In this document: positions 1-9,371 of the stretch, in pieces | Layout: every line of letters starts with the position of its first letter | Numbering within the stretch: the stretch's first letter is position 1 | Assembly: GCA_903939515.1 (NCBI GenBank) | Contig: CAJAHH010000123.1 | Span: forward strand, 29,106 to 93,105 | Length of the DNA stretch: 64,000 nt | Reading direction: 5' to 3' | Source: an uncultured Verrucomicrobiota bacterium | GTDB lineage: Bacteria > Verrucomicrobiota > Verrucomicrobiia > Limisphaerales > UBA9464 | Translations under genes and position numbers: made by a program | Notes under the pieces: generated by a model | The model's input: the letters and a program-made list of their open reading frames with translations, nothing else | What the model was told of the DNA's origin: nothing | Database searches by the model: none

Positions 1-6
1 GGAGGC

Positions 7-1311
7 TTGCTGGGTGCGGGCTTCGGCGACTTGTTGCGACTCGAGGCAGCCACAGCCTCGGCCGCCAAGTCGGCGATGAACAAAGCTGCTGCGCCGGGTG
101 CGGCTTCTGGCCAAAAGCCGGTCAACTGCATCCTTATCTGGCTCGATGGAGGCCCCTCCCATTACGAGAGTTTTGATCCCAAACCCGGGGCCCCCTCGGA
201 CATTCGCGGGATTTTTCAGGACATTGCCACGTCGGTGCCGGGGATCCGCTTCAGCGAGGCGGTGCCCGAGTTGGCCAAGGTGGCCGACAAAGCCACGGTG
301 ATCCGATCAGTCTGCCACAAAGACCCCAATCACGGCGGCGGCAACCATTACTTGATGACCGGTTCCCCGACGCCGGTGCCCGTGGCTTGCGGAGCCTATG
401 TGACTTTTCATCCTTCGTTCGGGTCGGTGGTTTCCTGGCAGCGCGGGCAGCGGCACGGCTTGCCACCCTACGTGTCCATTCCCTCGGTGACCCGCAGCGG
501 CGGACCCAATTTTCTTGGTGGCAAGCACTCGGCCTTCGTGATCGATGGCCAGCCCAACTCGGCCGACTTCAAGGTGCGCGACGTAGTGCTGCCGTCGGAG
601 ATAAGCGAGGGGCGGGCGACCAGTCGGCGTGAATTGCGCGGAGCGCTCGACTCGATGGCCCGCTATGCCGATCGCCTGGCCGACGATCCGGCAGTCACCT
701 TCGATCAGTACCTCCAGCAAAGCGTCAATTTGGTGCTCTCGAGTCCGGCTCAGGCGGCATTTGATTTGTCGCGTGAGGACAAGAAGGTGCGCGACGAATA
801 CGGCCGGAATGATTTTGGCCAGCGGCTCCTCATGGCTCGCCGATTGGTAGAGGTCGGGGTGTCTTGGGTCACCGTCAATTCCGGCGGATGGGATCACCAC
901 ACCAAACTCTTTGAAGCGTACAAGGGCGATTCGGTTCGCAACATGGACCGCGGGGTGGCCGCGCTCATCCGAGATCTCGACCAGCGGGGACTTCTGGATT
1001 CGACGCTGGTGGTATTGCTAGGTGAGTTCGGCCGCACCCCCAAGGTGAACAAGGATGCCGGGCGTGACCATTGGCCCCATGCGATGTCCATTCTCATGGC
1101 TGGCGGCGGTTGCCCCCGGGGCGCGGTGATCGGTGCCACCGATGCCAAGGGCTATGCCGCCTCGGAGGCCGTGTATCGGCCCGAAGACTTTGCCGCCTCC
1201 CTTTATTGGAAGATGGGGATTGATCCCAACCAGGTGCTCCACACTAACACCGGCCGGCCGGTGCAGTTGGTGAACAATGGGCGCCGCATCCGCGAGATCT
1301 TCACCACGTGA
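7..1311 (+). CDS. DUF1501 family protein (alkaline-phosphatase/sulfatase-like fold), probably 5'-truncated by the window edge
   Basis: Motifs ILIWLDGGPSHYESFDPKP, ARRLVEVGV, GGWDHH, GEFGRTPKVNKDAGRDHWP. The frame is open to the window start. Confidence 0.9.
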   Translation: MLGAGFGDLLRLEAATASAAKSAMNKAAAPGAASGQKPVNCILIWLDGGPSHYESFDPKPGAPSDIRGIFQDIATSVPGIRFSEAVPELAKVADKATVIRSVCHKDPNHGGGNHYLMTGSPTPVPVACGAYVTFHPSFGSVVSWQRGQRHGLPPYVSIPSVTRSGGPNFLGGKHSAFVIDGQPNSADFKVRDVVLPSEISEGRATSRRELRGALDSMARYADRLADDPAVTFDQYLQQSVNLVLSSPAQAAFDLSREDKKVRDEYGRNDFGQRLLMARRLVEVGVSWVTVNSGGWDHHTKLFEAYKGDSVRNMDRGVAALIRDLDQRGLLDSTLVVLLGEFGRTPKVNKDAGRDHWPHAMSILMAGGGCPRGAVIGATDAKGYAASEAVYRPEDFAASLYWKMGIDPNQVLHTNTGRPVQLVNNGRRIREIFTT

Positions 1312-3017
1312 GGTTTTCTGGTATGAGCAGGAGTCGATCCTGGGTGCCGTGGTTGGTGGCATTTCTGATGGCCTTCGGCGGGCTTCGGGCCGCAGTCCCG
1401 GTCTTGGATCAGGTCTTTCCCGCGGCGATCCAGATCGGGACCACTCAGTTGGTCACTTTGGTGGGTAAATTCGATCCCTGGCCCACCCGGCTCGATTTGG
1501 ACATTCCCGGGGTGTCCTGGGAACCCACCACCAACAACGGTGTCATCCGTGTCCGTGTCGCTCCGGAGGCTTCAGTCGGTCCTCGGGTGATTCGGGCCTT
1601 TTCACCGGAAGGAGTGAGTGAGCCCCGCTTCATCATCCTTTCGCAGCGGCCACAACAGGCCGAGGTGGAGCCCAACGATGCGGTGCCCGCGGCCCAGGCA
1701 TTGACTCGCTTCCCGGCTGAGGTAACTGGGCGTCTCGAGAAGAACGGTGACGTGGACAGCTATGCGGTGAACCTCCGCGCCGGTCAGACCCTCGTGGCTC
1801 GGTTGGAAGCCTACACCCTCCAGTCGCCGCTAGATCCGGTGCTGCGGTTGTTGGATTCCCGCGGCGTGCAGGTGGCTTGGAATCATGATGAGGTGCGCTC
1901 ACTGGACCCGCTCTTGGCTTGGCGGGTTGAAACCAGCGGAACCTATGTGCTCCAAGTGTTCGGGTTTGCCTATCCCGCCGATTCGGATCTGCGCTTCAGC
2001 GGGAGTCCCAAAGGGGGTTACCGTTTTCATGTCACCACCGATCCTGTGGCCCGGCATGCGTGGCCACTGGGTGTTAGTCGCACGATGGATACCCGGGTAA
2101 GCTGGGGTGATTGGGGGGCCTCCTCCGTCTCGACCGAAGCAATTGAGGTGCCCGCTTCGGTCGTTGCGCCGGGCGTCGTCTCTCACTCCCTTCGGATCCC
2201 TGGTCGCGCGGTGCCCTTGGAGTTGCCGGTGGGCGAAGGAAAGGAGTGGGTTGAAATCGAACCCAATGACTTGGCGGCCACGGCGCAGGCATTGGGAGTA
2301 CCCTCGGCCGTTTCCGGCGACCTCGATCGTCCGGGGGACGAAGATCGCTACCGGCTTTCGTGTCAAAAGGGAGAACTGCTTCGGTTGGAAGTTCAGGCCG
2401 CGAGCCTCGGATTTCCCCTCGATGCCTGGCTCCGGATTGAAGACGCCTCCGGCAAGGAGTTGGTCCGCAACGATGACGCCGGAGGGGCTGATCCGGTGCT
2501 CGACTGGACCTCGCCCGAGACCGCCGAGTACCGCGTGGTGGTGGGCAATTTGCTGCAGCGGGGTGGTCAAGATCAGCGCTACCGACTCTCACTCCAACGT
2601 CCGAAGCCCGTGTGGAGCGCTTCGATGGCCGAGTCGGCCTGGTCACTGGAGCCCGGAAAAACAAACGAATCAAAAGTGACGCTCACCCGCCGATACGGTG
2701 CGGACATGAAGTTGACCGTCTCGGTGCGCGGGCTGCCGGCGGGGGTGCGTGTCGATCCCGTGGAGGTCGCAGAAAAGGCGGACGCAGCGACCCTGCGTTG
2801 GATCGCTGCAACCAATGCCGCTCCGTTTTCAGGCCCCGTTTCCATCGATGTCTCGAGCTCGAGCCCAGCCGCCGTTCAGGAAGCACGGTTTTCTCTAATT
2901 AGTGCCGGGGAGAACAACGGTGTTCCCCAGGGCTTTCGGCGTTTGGTGGTTGAGTCGATCTCGCGTCCGTGGTTGACGGTCCTTCGAACCCCGTCCGCGC
3001 CAGCTGAAAAGAAGTGA
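1308..3017 (+). CDS. Secreted PPC (pre-peptidase C-terminal) repeat protein of the DUF1501 cassette
   Basis: Hydrophobic N-terminus; two EVEPND/EIEPND...GDVDSY/GDEDRY...LDPVLRLLD-type repeats. GTGA overlap with the upstream stop; alternative ATG at 1323. Confidence 0.8.
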   Translation: MRFSGMSRSRSWVPWLVAFLMAFGGLRAAVPVLDQVFPAAIQIGTTQLVTLVGKFDPWPTRLDLDIPGVSWEPTTNNGVIRVRVAPEASVGPRVIRAFSPEGVSEPRFIILSQRPQQAEVEPNDAVPAAQALTRFPAEVTGRLEKNGDVDSYAVNLRAGQTLVARLEAYTLQSPLDPVLRLLDSRGVQVAWNHDEVRSLDPLLAWRVETSGTYVLQVFGFAYPADSDLRFSGSPKGGYRFHVTTDPVARHAWPLGVSRTMDTRVSWGDWGASSVSTEAIEVPASVVAPGVVSHSLRIPGRAVPLELPVGEGKEWVEIEPNDLAATAQALGVPSAVSGDLDRPGDEDRYRLSCQKGELLRLEVQAASLGFPLDAWLRIEDASGKELVRNDDAGGADPVLDWTSPETAEYRVVVGNLLQRGGQDQRYRLSLQRPKPVWSASMAESAWSLEPGKTNESKVTLTRRYGADMKLTVSVRGLPAGVRVDPVEVAEKADAATLRWIAATNAAPFSGPVSIDVSSSSPAAVQEARFSLISAGENNGVPQGFRRLVVESISRPWLTVLRTPSAPAEKK

Positions 3018-3265
3018 GCCGGAACGCGTTGCTTGGATGGGTTGGGCTGGCGGAACTGCCTCTGGCCAGTGATGGGCCCTTGGCTCGCGAGGAGCCTCGG
3101 GAAAGTCCTGATACTCCAGAGTCTTTTGGTTGGACGCCCAATACTCGTCCGCAAAAAGAATCGGACGTGCTGGGTGTTTTTCTCCCCGATGGGATGGTTT
3201 CGGCTAAAGATTTTCCTTTCGGGGAGTAAGGCCAAAACTTCCTTGACGGCGTTTGAGTCTTTGGC

Positions 3266-3295
3266 TTGCGACTGCGCTGCCATTGGTGATATAAA
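3266..3295 (+). promoter_or_regulatory. Putative sigma70 promoter (TTGCGA-18-TATAAA with extended -10 TG)
   Basis: TTGCGA at 3266-3271, TG at 3287-3288, TATAAA at 3290-3295, 8 nt before ATG 3304. Confidence 0.4.
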
Positions 3296-3303
3296 GCTCA
3301 CCT

Positions 3304-4059
3304 ATGGCAGCCATCGGCCGGTTCCAAAAGGGTGAGGATATCTTCCACGCCAAGGTCGTCGACGGGGAGATTTTCAAGCTTCAGGGTGATGTCTTTGGCT
3401 CTCCATCCTTCGAGAAAAAACCGACTCCGCTCAAGGGTGTCAAGACGTTGACCCCGGTCCAACCGTCTAAGATTATCGCGGTCGGTTTGAATTATGCCGA
3501 TCATGCTCGGGAGGCCGGGATGACGTTGCCCAAGGAACCACTCTTCTGGCTGAAGGCTCCGACCTCGCTCATCCCCGACGGCGCCAAGATCGAGATTCCC
3601 TTTGCCAACCATCGCAACGATTTCGAGGCCGAGCTCGCCGTAGTCATCGGGCGCAAGATGCGCAATGTCACTCCGGCCGCGGCTGCTCGTTACATCTTTG
3701 GTTACACGGCTGCCCAAGACATCACCGATCGGACGATCCAAGCCAGCGAGAGCCAGTTTGCGCGGTCGAAGTCCTTCGACACGTTCACGCCGCTGGGGCC
3801 TTACATCGAGACCAAGATCGATCCGCATGACCTGAGCATCCAGCTCTTCCAGAACGGTCAGTTGCGCCAGAACGGCAACACCAGCCAGATGATCTTCAAC
3901 TGCTTCCATCTGGTGAGCTTCATTTCTACCAACATGACCCTCCTTCCGGGTGACGTGATCCTCACGGGGACACCCAGCGGAGTGGGAACCATTGAGTCCG
4001 GCGACCGTCTCGAGGTCCGGATTCAGGGAATGGCTCCGCTGGTCAACACGGTAAAGTGA
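3304..4059 (+). CDS. Fumarylacetoacetate hydrolase (FAH) family protein
   Basis: KIIAVGLNYADH, FEAELAVVIG, KSFDTFTPLGP, GDVILTGTPSGVG. Confidence 0.93.
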   Translation: MAAIGRFQKGEDIFHAKVVDGEIFKLQGDVFGSPSFEKKPTPLKGVKTLTPVQPSKIIAVGLNYADHAREAGMTLPKEPLFWLKAPTSLIPDGAKIEIPFANHRNDFEAELAVVIGRKMRNVTPAAAARYIFGYTAAQDITDRTIQASESQFARSKSFDTFTPLGPYIETKIDPHDLSIQLFQNGQLRQNGNTSQMIFNCFHLVSFISTNMTLLPGDVILTGTPSGVGTIESGDRLEVRIQGMAPLVNTVK

Positions 4060-4196
4060 TCTTCGCAAACTGAGCGCCCCATGCACAGGCCTCCTGGACG
4101 GGGGTGCTCAATGACTCTATCGGCCCCTCGGAATGAACCTTGGGGCCTCTTTCTTTCCCACTGGCCTCCCGACCCCACACCCCCACAGACTTTCCC

Positions 4197-5942
4197 ATGC
4201 TTTGGTCTCAAACGTTCATTCCGACCCTCAAGGAAACCCCCGCGGATGCAGAAATCGTATCCCATCAACTCTTGCTGCGTGCAGGGTTGGTTCGAAAGCT
4301 GACGGGTGGTTTGTACACGTTCCTGCCGCTGGGCCTGAAGGTGTTGCGCAAGATCGAGCAAATCATTCGCGAGGAGATGAACCGGGCCGGAGGTATCGAG
4401 GTGCTCATGCCGGCCTTGCAACCCATCGACATTTGGCAGCAGTCGGGGCGCTATGAGACGGCCTCCGGGGTGTTGTTCAAGGTGCGGGATTCGGCCCGCA
4501 AGGAGTGGGTCCTCGGGCCCACTCACGAAGAGGTCATCACCTCGCTCGCAGCCAACGAGCTGAACTCCTACCGGCAGCTCCCGAAGAATTTCTACCAAAT
4601 TCAGACCAAGTTCCGGGATGAGATCCGCCCGCGCTTTGGTTTGATGCGCGCTAAGGAGTTCTTGATGAAGGACGCCTATTCCTTCGACGCCACCGATGCT
4701 GGGGCGATGACGAGCTACCACAAGATGTACGACGCCTACACCCGTATCTTTGCCCGGTGCGGGTTGCAGGCCTTCCCCGTCGAAGCCGATACCGGGGTCA
4801 TTGGCGGCAATTATTCCCACGAGTTCATGGTGCCGGCCGAGACCGGTGAGAATGACGTGGTCTATTGTGAGTCCGGCAAGTATGCGGCCAACATCGAGAA
4901 GGCCGTCAGCCGTGGGCCCGCTGAAGCGACGCCTTCAGAATCCACCGGAACGGCGCCCGAGAAGTTCGCCACCCCGGGCGTGGTCACCATTGATGCCCTC
5001 TCGGCTTCCCCTTACGGAGTGTCGGCCCGGCACCAGGTCAAGACCCTAGTGTTCGTTGCCGATTCGAAGCCCATTCTGGTGCTCATCCGGGGAGACGACT
5101 CGCTCAATGAGGCCAAGCTCATGGCCAAGACGGGTGCGGTCCAAGTTCGTCAGGCGACTGCCGACGAGATCGTGGAGTTGCTCGGTGCCCGCCCGGGTTC
5201 TCTGGGCGCGGTCAGTGCCACCCTCAAGACGCCGGCGGTGCCCGTTTATGCCGACGAAGCCCTGCGCGGGGCCCGGGGCATGACCACAGGGGCCAATGAA
5301 GACGGTTTCCATCTGCGCCATGTCGAGGTGGACCGCGATCTGAAGGTCACGGCCTGGTACGATCTGCGCACCGTCAAGGTGGGCGAGCTGTGCGTAGAGA
5401 CCGCTCAACCCCTGAAGATCCGCCGGGCGATCGAAGTGGGGCACGTCTTCAAACTGGGGACCAAATATTCGGAGAAGCTCAATGCCACCTTCTTGGCTGA
5501 GGATGGTTCCCGCCATCCGGCGGTGATGGGTTGCTACGGCATTGGCGTGACCCGGACGCTTCAGGCCGTCATCGAGCAGTGCAATGACAAGGACGGCATC
5601 CGTTGGCCCGTGAGCGTAGCGCCCTTCACGGTGTGCATCACGCCGCTGGCGGTGGCGCCCGAGAGTCAGCCGATGACACTGGCCCGTGAATTGGCCGCCA
5701 CTCTGGAAGCCGCAGGCATTGAGGCCATTCTGGATGACCGCGATGAGCGTCCGGGCGTGAAGTTCAAGGACAGCGAATTGGTGGGATTCCCGCTGCGGGT
5801 GAATCTGGGGGAGAAATCGCTGGCTAAGGGCGAGATCGAGCTCAAGCCGCGCGGAGGCACGATGCGCATGGTTCCCATCGCCGATGCCGCCGCCGAGGTG
5901 ATCGCCTGGGTTCGCGCCGAATCAGCCCGTCTGCAAGGCTGA
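4197..5942 (+). CDS. proS: Proline--tRNA ligase (bacterial type with INS editing domain)
   Basis: SHQLLLRAG, LGPTHEEVIT, FRDEIRPRFGLMRAKEFLMKDAYSF, IEVGHVFKLGTKYS, MGCYGIGV. Start placed at ATG 4197 (MLWSQTFIPTLKE). Confidence 0.98.
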   Translation: MLWSQTFIPTLKETPADAEIVSHQLLLRAGLVRKLTGGLYTFLPLGLKVLRKIEQIIREEMNRAGGIEVLMPALQPIDIWQQSGRYETASGVLFKVRDSARKEWVLGPTHEEVITSLAANELNSYRQLPKNFYQIQTKFRDEIRPRFGLMRAKEFLMKDAYSFDATDAGAMTSYHKMYDAYTRIFARCGLQAFPVEADTGVIGGNYSHEFMVPAETGENDVVYCESGKYAANIEKAVSRGPAEATPSESTGTAPEKFATPGVVTIDALSASPYGVSARHQVKTLVFVADSKPILVLIRGDDSLNEAKLMAKTGAVQVRQATADEIVELLGARPGSLGAVSATLKTPAVPVYADEALRGARGMTTGANEDGFHLRHVEVDRDLKVTAWYDLRTVKVGELCVETAQPLKIRRAIEVGHVFKLGTKYSEKLNATFLAEDGSRHPAVMGCYGIGVTRTLQAVIEQCNDKDGIRWPVSVAPFTVCITPLAVAPESQPMTLARELAATLEAAGIEAILDDRDERPGVKFKDSELVGFPLRVNLGEKSLAKGEIELKPRGGTMRMVPIADAAAEVIAWVRAESARLQG

Positions 5943-5969
5943 GAGCCGTTTGCTAAAAAGGGGGCCCGG

Positions 5970-6452
5970 TCAGCAACTGGTCGGGACCTCTTGCAGCACC
6001 TCCACACAGTGGGGGATGGCCTGCACCACGAAGCCGAGGCATTCGACCGCACCGCGGGGCTTGCCCGGCAGGCAAATGACCAGAGTGTGATCGACGACTG
6101 CGGCCAGGTTGCGAGAAAGGATCGCGTTGGGTGTGATCTTCAGGCTCTCCATGCGCATTTGTTCGCCGAAGCCGGGGAGTTCACGGATGGCAATTTCGCG
6201 GACCGCCTCTGGGGTGACATCGCGCAGCGCGACCCCGGTGCCCCCGGTCGTTAGCACCAGCGCACACCCTTTGCTGATGAGCGAACGAATCGCCCGCTGG
6301 ATGTCCTGGATCTCGTCGGGTACCAGGACACTCTCGAGGACAGTCCATCCGTAGCCCACCGAAGCTTCCTGAAGGGCGGGGCCACCCAGATCGTCGTAAA
6401 GTCCCTTCGAGGCCCGATCGGAAACGGTGATAATGCCCACGTTGAGTTGCAT
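5970..6452 (-). CDS. mog: MogA/MoaB family molybdopterin adenylyltransferase
   Basis: ITVSDRAS, VPDE, LTTGGTG..RDVTPEA, LPGFGE, AILSR, LPGKP. Start placed at ATG 6452 (ORF is open to 6518). Confidence 0.9.
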   Translation of the reverse strand: MQLNVGIITVSDRASKGLYDDLGGPALQEASVGYGWTVLESVLVPDEIQDIQRAIRSLISKGCALVLTTGGTGVALRDVTPEAVREIAIRELPGFGEQMRMESLKITPNAILSRNLAAVVDHTLVICLPGKPRGAVECLGFVVQAIPHCVEVLQEVPTSC

Positions 6453-6514
6453 GGGGAGATGAAAGCCGGATCGGGCCAACATCGCAGCACCAGAATCTTG
6501 GAGGGCGTGGACCG

Positions 6515-7129
6515 TCAAATCCGCTTGGAGGCCGGTCCGAGTGGGTTACGGAGTTCTTGCACCATCACGAGTGCCAATGCCAGGGCATCGGCGGCATCGG
6601 GGTCGGGGATCTCGATCAGGCCGAGTTGCCGTTGGACCATTTTGGCGACGGCGATTTTCTGCGCCGCTCCATAGCCCACCATCGCCAGTTTCACTTTCCT
6701 CGGGGAGATCTCATGGATTTCGATTCCCGTTCGTGCCACAGCGGCGAGTGCGGCCCCACGAGCTTCTCCCATGATGAGAGCTGTCTGGAGATTTTGGGCG
6801 AAGAAAAGGCCTTCGCAGGCGCAGAGGGCCGGCGGATGGCGTTGGACCACTTCCGTCAGGATGCGACCGATTTCGCCCAAGCAACGCGAGCGCTCCCAAG
6901 ATTTCGGGCAATGAATGGTCCCGGCCTCCACAAAGGTGGGGCCTTGGGCTCCGATCCGGATCACGCCCCAGCCTGTCCCTCGCAAGGACGGATCAATGCC
7001 CAGTACTCGGGAGCCTTCCGGGAGGTGCAGACCGGATTCGGGCAGCACAGGGGATCCACCGGAGGCGGTCGGCGTCCGCCCGGACAGGCGGGCTTCCATG
7101 GCGGCGAATTGTTTGGGGCTGACACCCAT
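6515..7129 (-). CDS. ruvC: Holliday junction resolvase RuvC
   Basis: VLGIDPSLRGTGWG, CEGLFFAQN, EARG, VKLAMVGYGAAQK, DAADALALA; short N-terminal extension. Confidence 0.95.
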   Translation of the reverse strand: MGVSPKQFAAMEARLSGRTPTASGGSPVLPESGLHLPEGSRVLGIDPSLRGTGWGVIRIGAQGPTFVEAGTIHCPKSWERSRCLGEIGRILTEVVQRHPPALCACEGLFFAQNLQTALIMGEARGAALAAVARTGIEIHEISPRKVKLAMVGYGAAQKIAVAKMVQRQLGLIEIPDPDAADALALALVMVQELRNPLGPASKRI

Positions 7130-7133
7130 GGGA

Positions 7134-7502
7134 TTAGTGTGTTTTGGAACGTCTGCGGGTGGTGAGTTTCGGTGGTGTGGTAGTGCTCTCGCCCAGCCAG
7201 TTCAGATACTTTTCCGAACCTGCCACAATGGGTAGCACGAGGAACTGAGGGGTGTCGTAGGGGTGGTTGGCGATCACCAAAGCTTCGAGTTTGGGCAATA
7301 ATCGGGAGCGAGTCTTGAACACCACCCTCCATTCCTTTCCGGACTCCACAACTCCCTGCCAGCGGTAAACGGACTCCACCGGTCCGGAGATCTGAGCGCA
7401 GGCGGCAAGCCCCGACTCCACGGACAGTCGGCTCAATTTCACCGCCAAAGGTCGGCGGGGCACGGTCACCCAGGCGGTAACGAAGGATCGGGCGGTCTTC
7501 AT
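7134..7502 (-). CDS. cutA: Divalent-cation tolerance protein CutA
   Basis: LAACAQI, SVYRWQG, FKT, HPYDTPQ, YLNWL. Confidence 0.92.
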   Translation of the reverse strand: MKTARSFVTAWVTVPRRPLAVKLSRLSVESGLAACAQISGPVESVYRWQGVVESGKEWRVVFKTRSRLLPKLEALVIANHPYDTPQFLVLPIVAGSEKYLNWLGESTTTPPKLTTRRRSKTH

Positions 7503-7619
7503 GCTGTCATAGATGAACAGTGTCTCCGCGGCAACCCGGGTTCAAAGAGGTATTGATTTTTTCAAAGATGATTATACACTCATAAACAGAAAAACAACCC
7601 ACAGACAATCCGACCCAAC

Positions 7620-7841
7620 ATGACGACTGAGAAAATAATTCGTGTACTCGCCGGATCGATGGTCCTGATTAGTGTTTGCCTTACCCACTTCATCAGCCAT
7701 TGGTGGTTGTTGATGACCTGCTTTGTGGGGATCAATCTTATCCAGTCCGCCCTCACCGGATTTTGTCCGGCAGGGATCATTCTCAAAAAGCTGGGCATCG
7801 GTTCGGGCAATTGCTGCTCACCATCGGATCAGCCGCGTTAA
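7620..7841 (+). CDS. DUF2892 (YgaP transmembrane-like) small membrane protein
   Basis: 73 aa with two TM segments; IIRVLAG, FVGINLIQSALTGFCPA. Confidence 0.85.
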   Translation: MTTEKIIRVLAGSMVLISVCLTHFISHWWLLMTCFVGINLIQSALTGFCPAGIILKKLGIGSGNCCSPSDQPR

Positions 7842-7844
7842 ATC

Positions 7845-8306
7845 ATGACTCACCTGACAGCAGACAGCCGGGGTTTGATTCTCTCTTGTCCGTCCTGTTC
7901 TCAGGCCAATCGGCAGGTCTATCGCCAGTGGGATGCGGCGATCCGCTGTGGTCGTTGCAAAGAGGAGTTGGTGAGGCCACCCGCCGTGATTGAGGTCCGT
8001 GACCCGCTGAGTTTCCGAGCTTTGGTGGCTGAGGTGTCCGGCCCCGTCTTTGTGGATTTTTGGGCACCTTGGTGCGGACCGTGTCGGAGTGTGGCCCCAG
8101 AAATTGAACGACTGGCCGGCCTGATGGAGCGCGAGGCACTGATTATCAAGGTGAACACGGAGGAGGTGCCGGAGGTCGCCTCGGAGCATCGTATTGAGAG
8201 CATTCCGACCTTCGTGGTCTTTCATCGCGGGATCGAGATGACCCGAACCTCTGGCTCCATGTCGGCCACTCGGTTGAAGTCGTTCATTCAGCAAGCAATT
8301 CGTTGA
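7845..8306 (+). CDS. trxC: Thioredoxin 2 (TrxC type, N-terminal zinc finger)
   Basis: CPSC..ANR and CGRCK zinc finger; VDFWAPWCGPCR active site. Confidence 0.9.
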   Translation: MTHLTADSRGLILSCPSCSQANRQVYRQWDAAIRCGRCKEELVRPPAVIEVRDPLSFRALVAEVSGPVFVDFWAPWCGPCRSVAPEIERLAGLMEREALIIKVNTEEVPEVASEHRIESIPTFVVFHRGIEMTRTSGSMSATRLKSFIQQAIR

Positions 8307-8339
8307 GGGTTTGATCCAATCCGAAATGGGGTCTTTCTA

Positions 8340-9371
8340 ATGGCAAGAAAAAATTCAATGAAATGGGTCTTTCTGGGGCTCCTCTCTGTAATGGTTGGCT
8401 GCAGTCCCGACCCGAAGCCACGAGCACCCTCAGTGGCATGGCCAGCAGCCCGGGTCCGGGTGGCGACGGTGGAAATTCATGGTCTCACCGCCACCGAAGA
8501 GGTGGTAGGCACCGTGAGAACCCGACTCCATGCGACCGTGGAGGCAAAGGTGGTCGGTCGGATCGAATCGCTCACGGTGGCGCCGGGTCAGACGGTGCGT
8601 CAGGGACAAGTTCTAGCCACGTTGGATGCTCGCGAGACTCAGGCCCGTCTCGATTCTACCAAGGCGGTCTTGGATCAGGCAGCGCGGGACCTGGAACGGA
8701 TGGCCAGGCTGCTCAAGGACGGTGCTGCGACCCCCTCCGAGTTAGAGGCCGTCCAGTCGCGTCATCGCGTGGCGGTGGCTTTGATGTCCGAAATGGAGAC
8801 ATTGCTGGGCCACACTCGGGTGGTGGCTCCCTTTGATGGGGTAATCACCCGCAAGGCGGTGGATGTCGGGGATTTGGCCACTCCAGGGAGGCCTTTGGTG
8901 GAAATTGAGGATCCGACACAGTTGCGGTTTGAGGCGGATGTTCCGGAATCCCTGATCGACCAGATTTCATCCGGTGCCCGGTTGCCCGTGCGCATCGCCT
9001 CCCGAACGGATTCGATCGAAGGCGTGGTTGTGGAAATGGCTCCGGTGGCCGAGGCGATTAGCCGAACCCATCGGGTGACCTTGGACTTGCCGGTTTTGCC
9101 AGGACTGCGGGCCGGTCAGTTCGGCCGGGTAGCGGTGCTGACAGGACAAACTACCGTGCCGCATGTTCCGTCCGTCGCAGTTTTTCAGAGGGGGCAGTTG
9201 GAATACGTGGTCGTAGCTTTTGAGGGCAGGGCGCAGTTGAGACTTGTCCGCACTGGAAAACGTCTAGCGTCGGATGTGGAGGTGATTTCTGGGCTGGAAA
9301 TCGGAGAGAAGGTGGTCGCTATGGATCCGGATCGGGTGCGTGAGGGTCAGCCGCTGGAGGTGATCCCGTGA
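8340..9371 (+). CDS. RND efflux periplasmic adaptor (membrane fusion protein), lipoprotein
   Basis: Lipobox-like VMVGC; lipoyl halves [10 protein letters not shown] and [20 protein letters not shown] 8358 is an alternative start. Confidence 0.9.
   Translation: MARKNSMKWVFLGLLSVMVGCSPDPKPRAPSVAWPAARVRVATVEIHGLTATEEVVGTVRTRLHATVEAKVVGRIESLTVAPGQTVRQGQVLATLDARETQARLDSTKAVLDQAARDLERMARLLKDGAATPSELEAVQSRHRVAVALMSEMETLLGHTRVVAPFDGVITRKAVDVGDLATPGRPLVEIEDPTQLRFEADVPESLIDQISSGARLPVRIASRTDSIEGVVVEMAPVAEAISRTHRVTLDLPVLPGLRAGQFGRVAVLTGQTTVPHVPSVAVFQRGQLEYVVVAFEGRAQLRLVRTGKRLASDVEVISGLEIGEKVVAMDPDRVREGQPLEVIP

Noticed and set aside
3014..3229. 71-aa ORF overlapping the stop of the PPC gene
   Set aside because: No recognisable motifs or protein-like composition; probably intergenic.
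8323..8374. GAAATGGG(G)TCTTTCT duplicated around the MFP start
   Set aside because: A short local duplication that only affects the choice of start codon (8340 or 8358).
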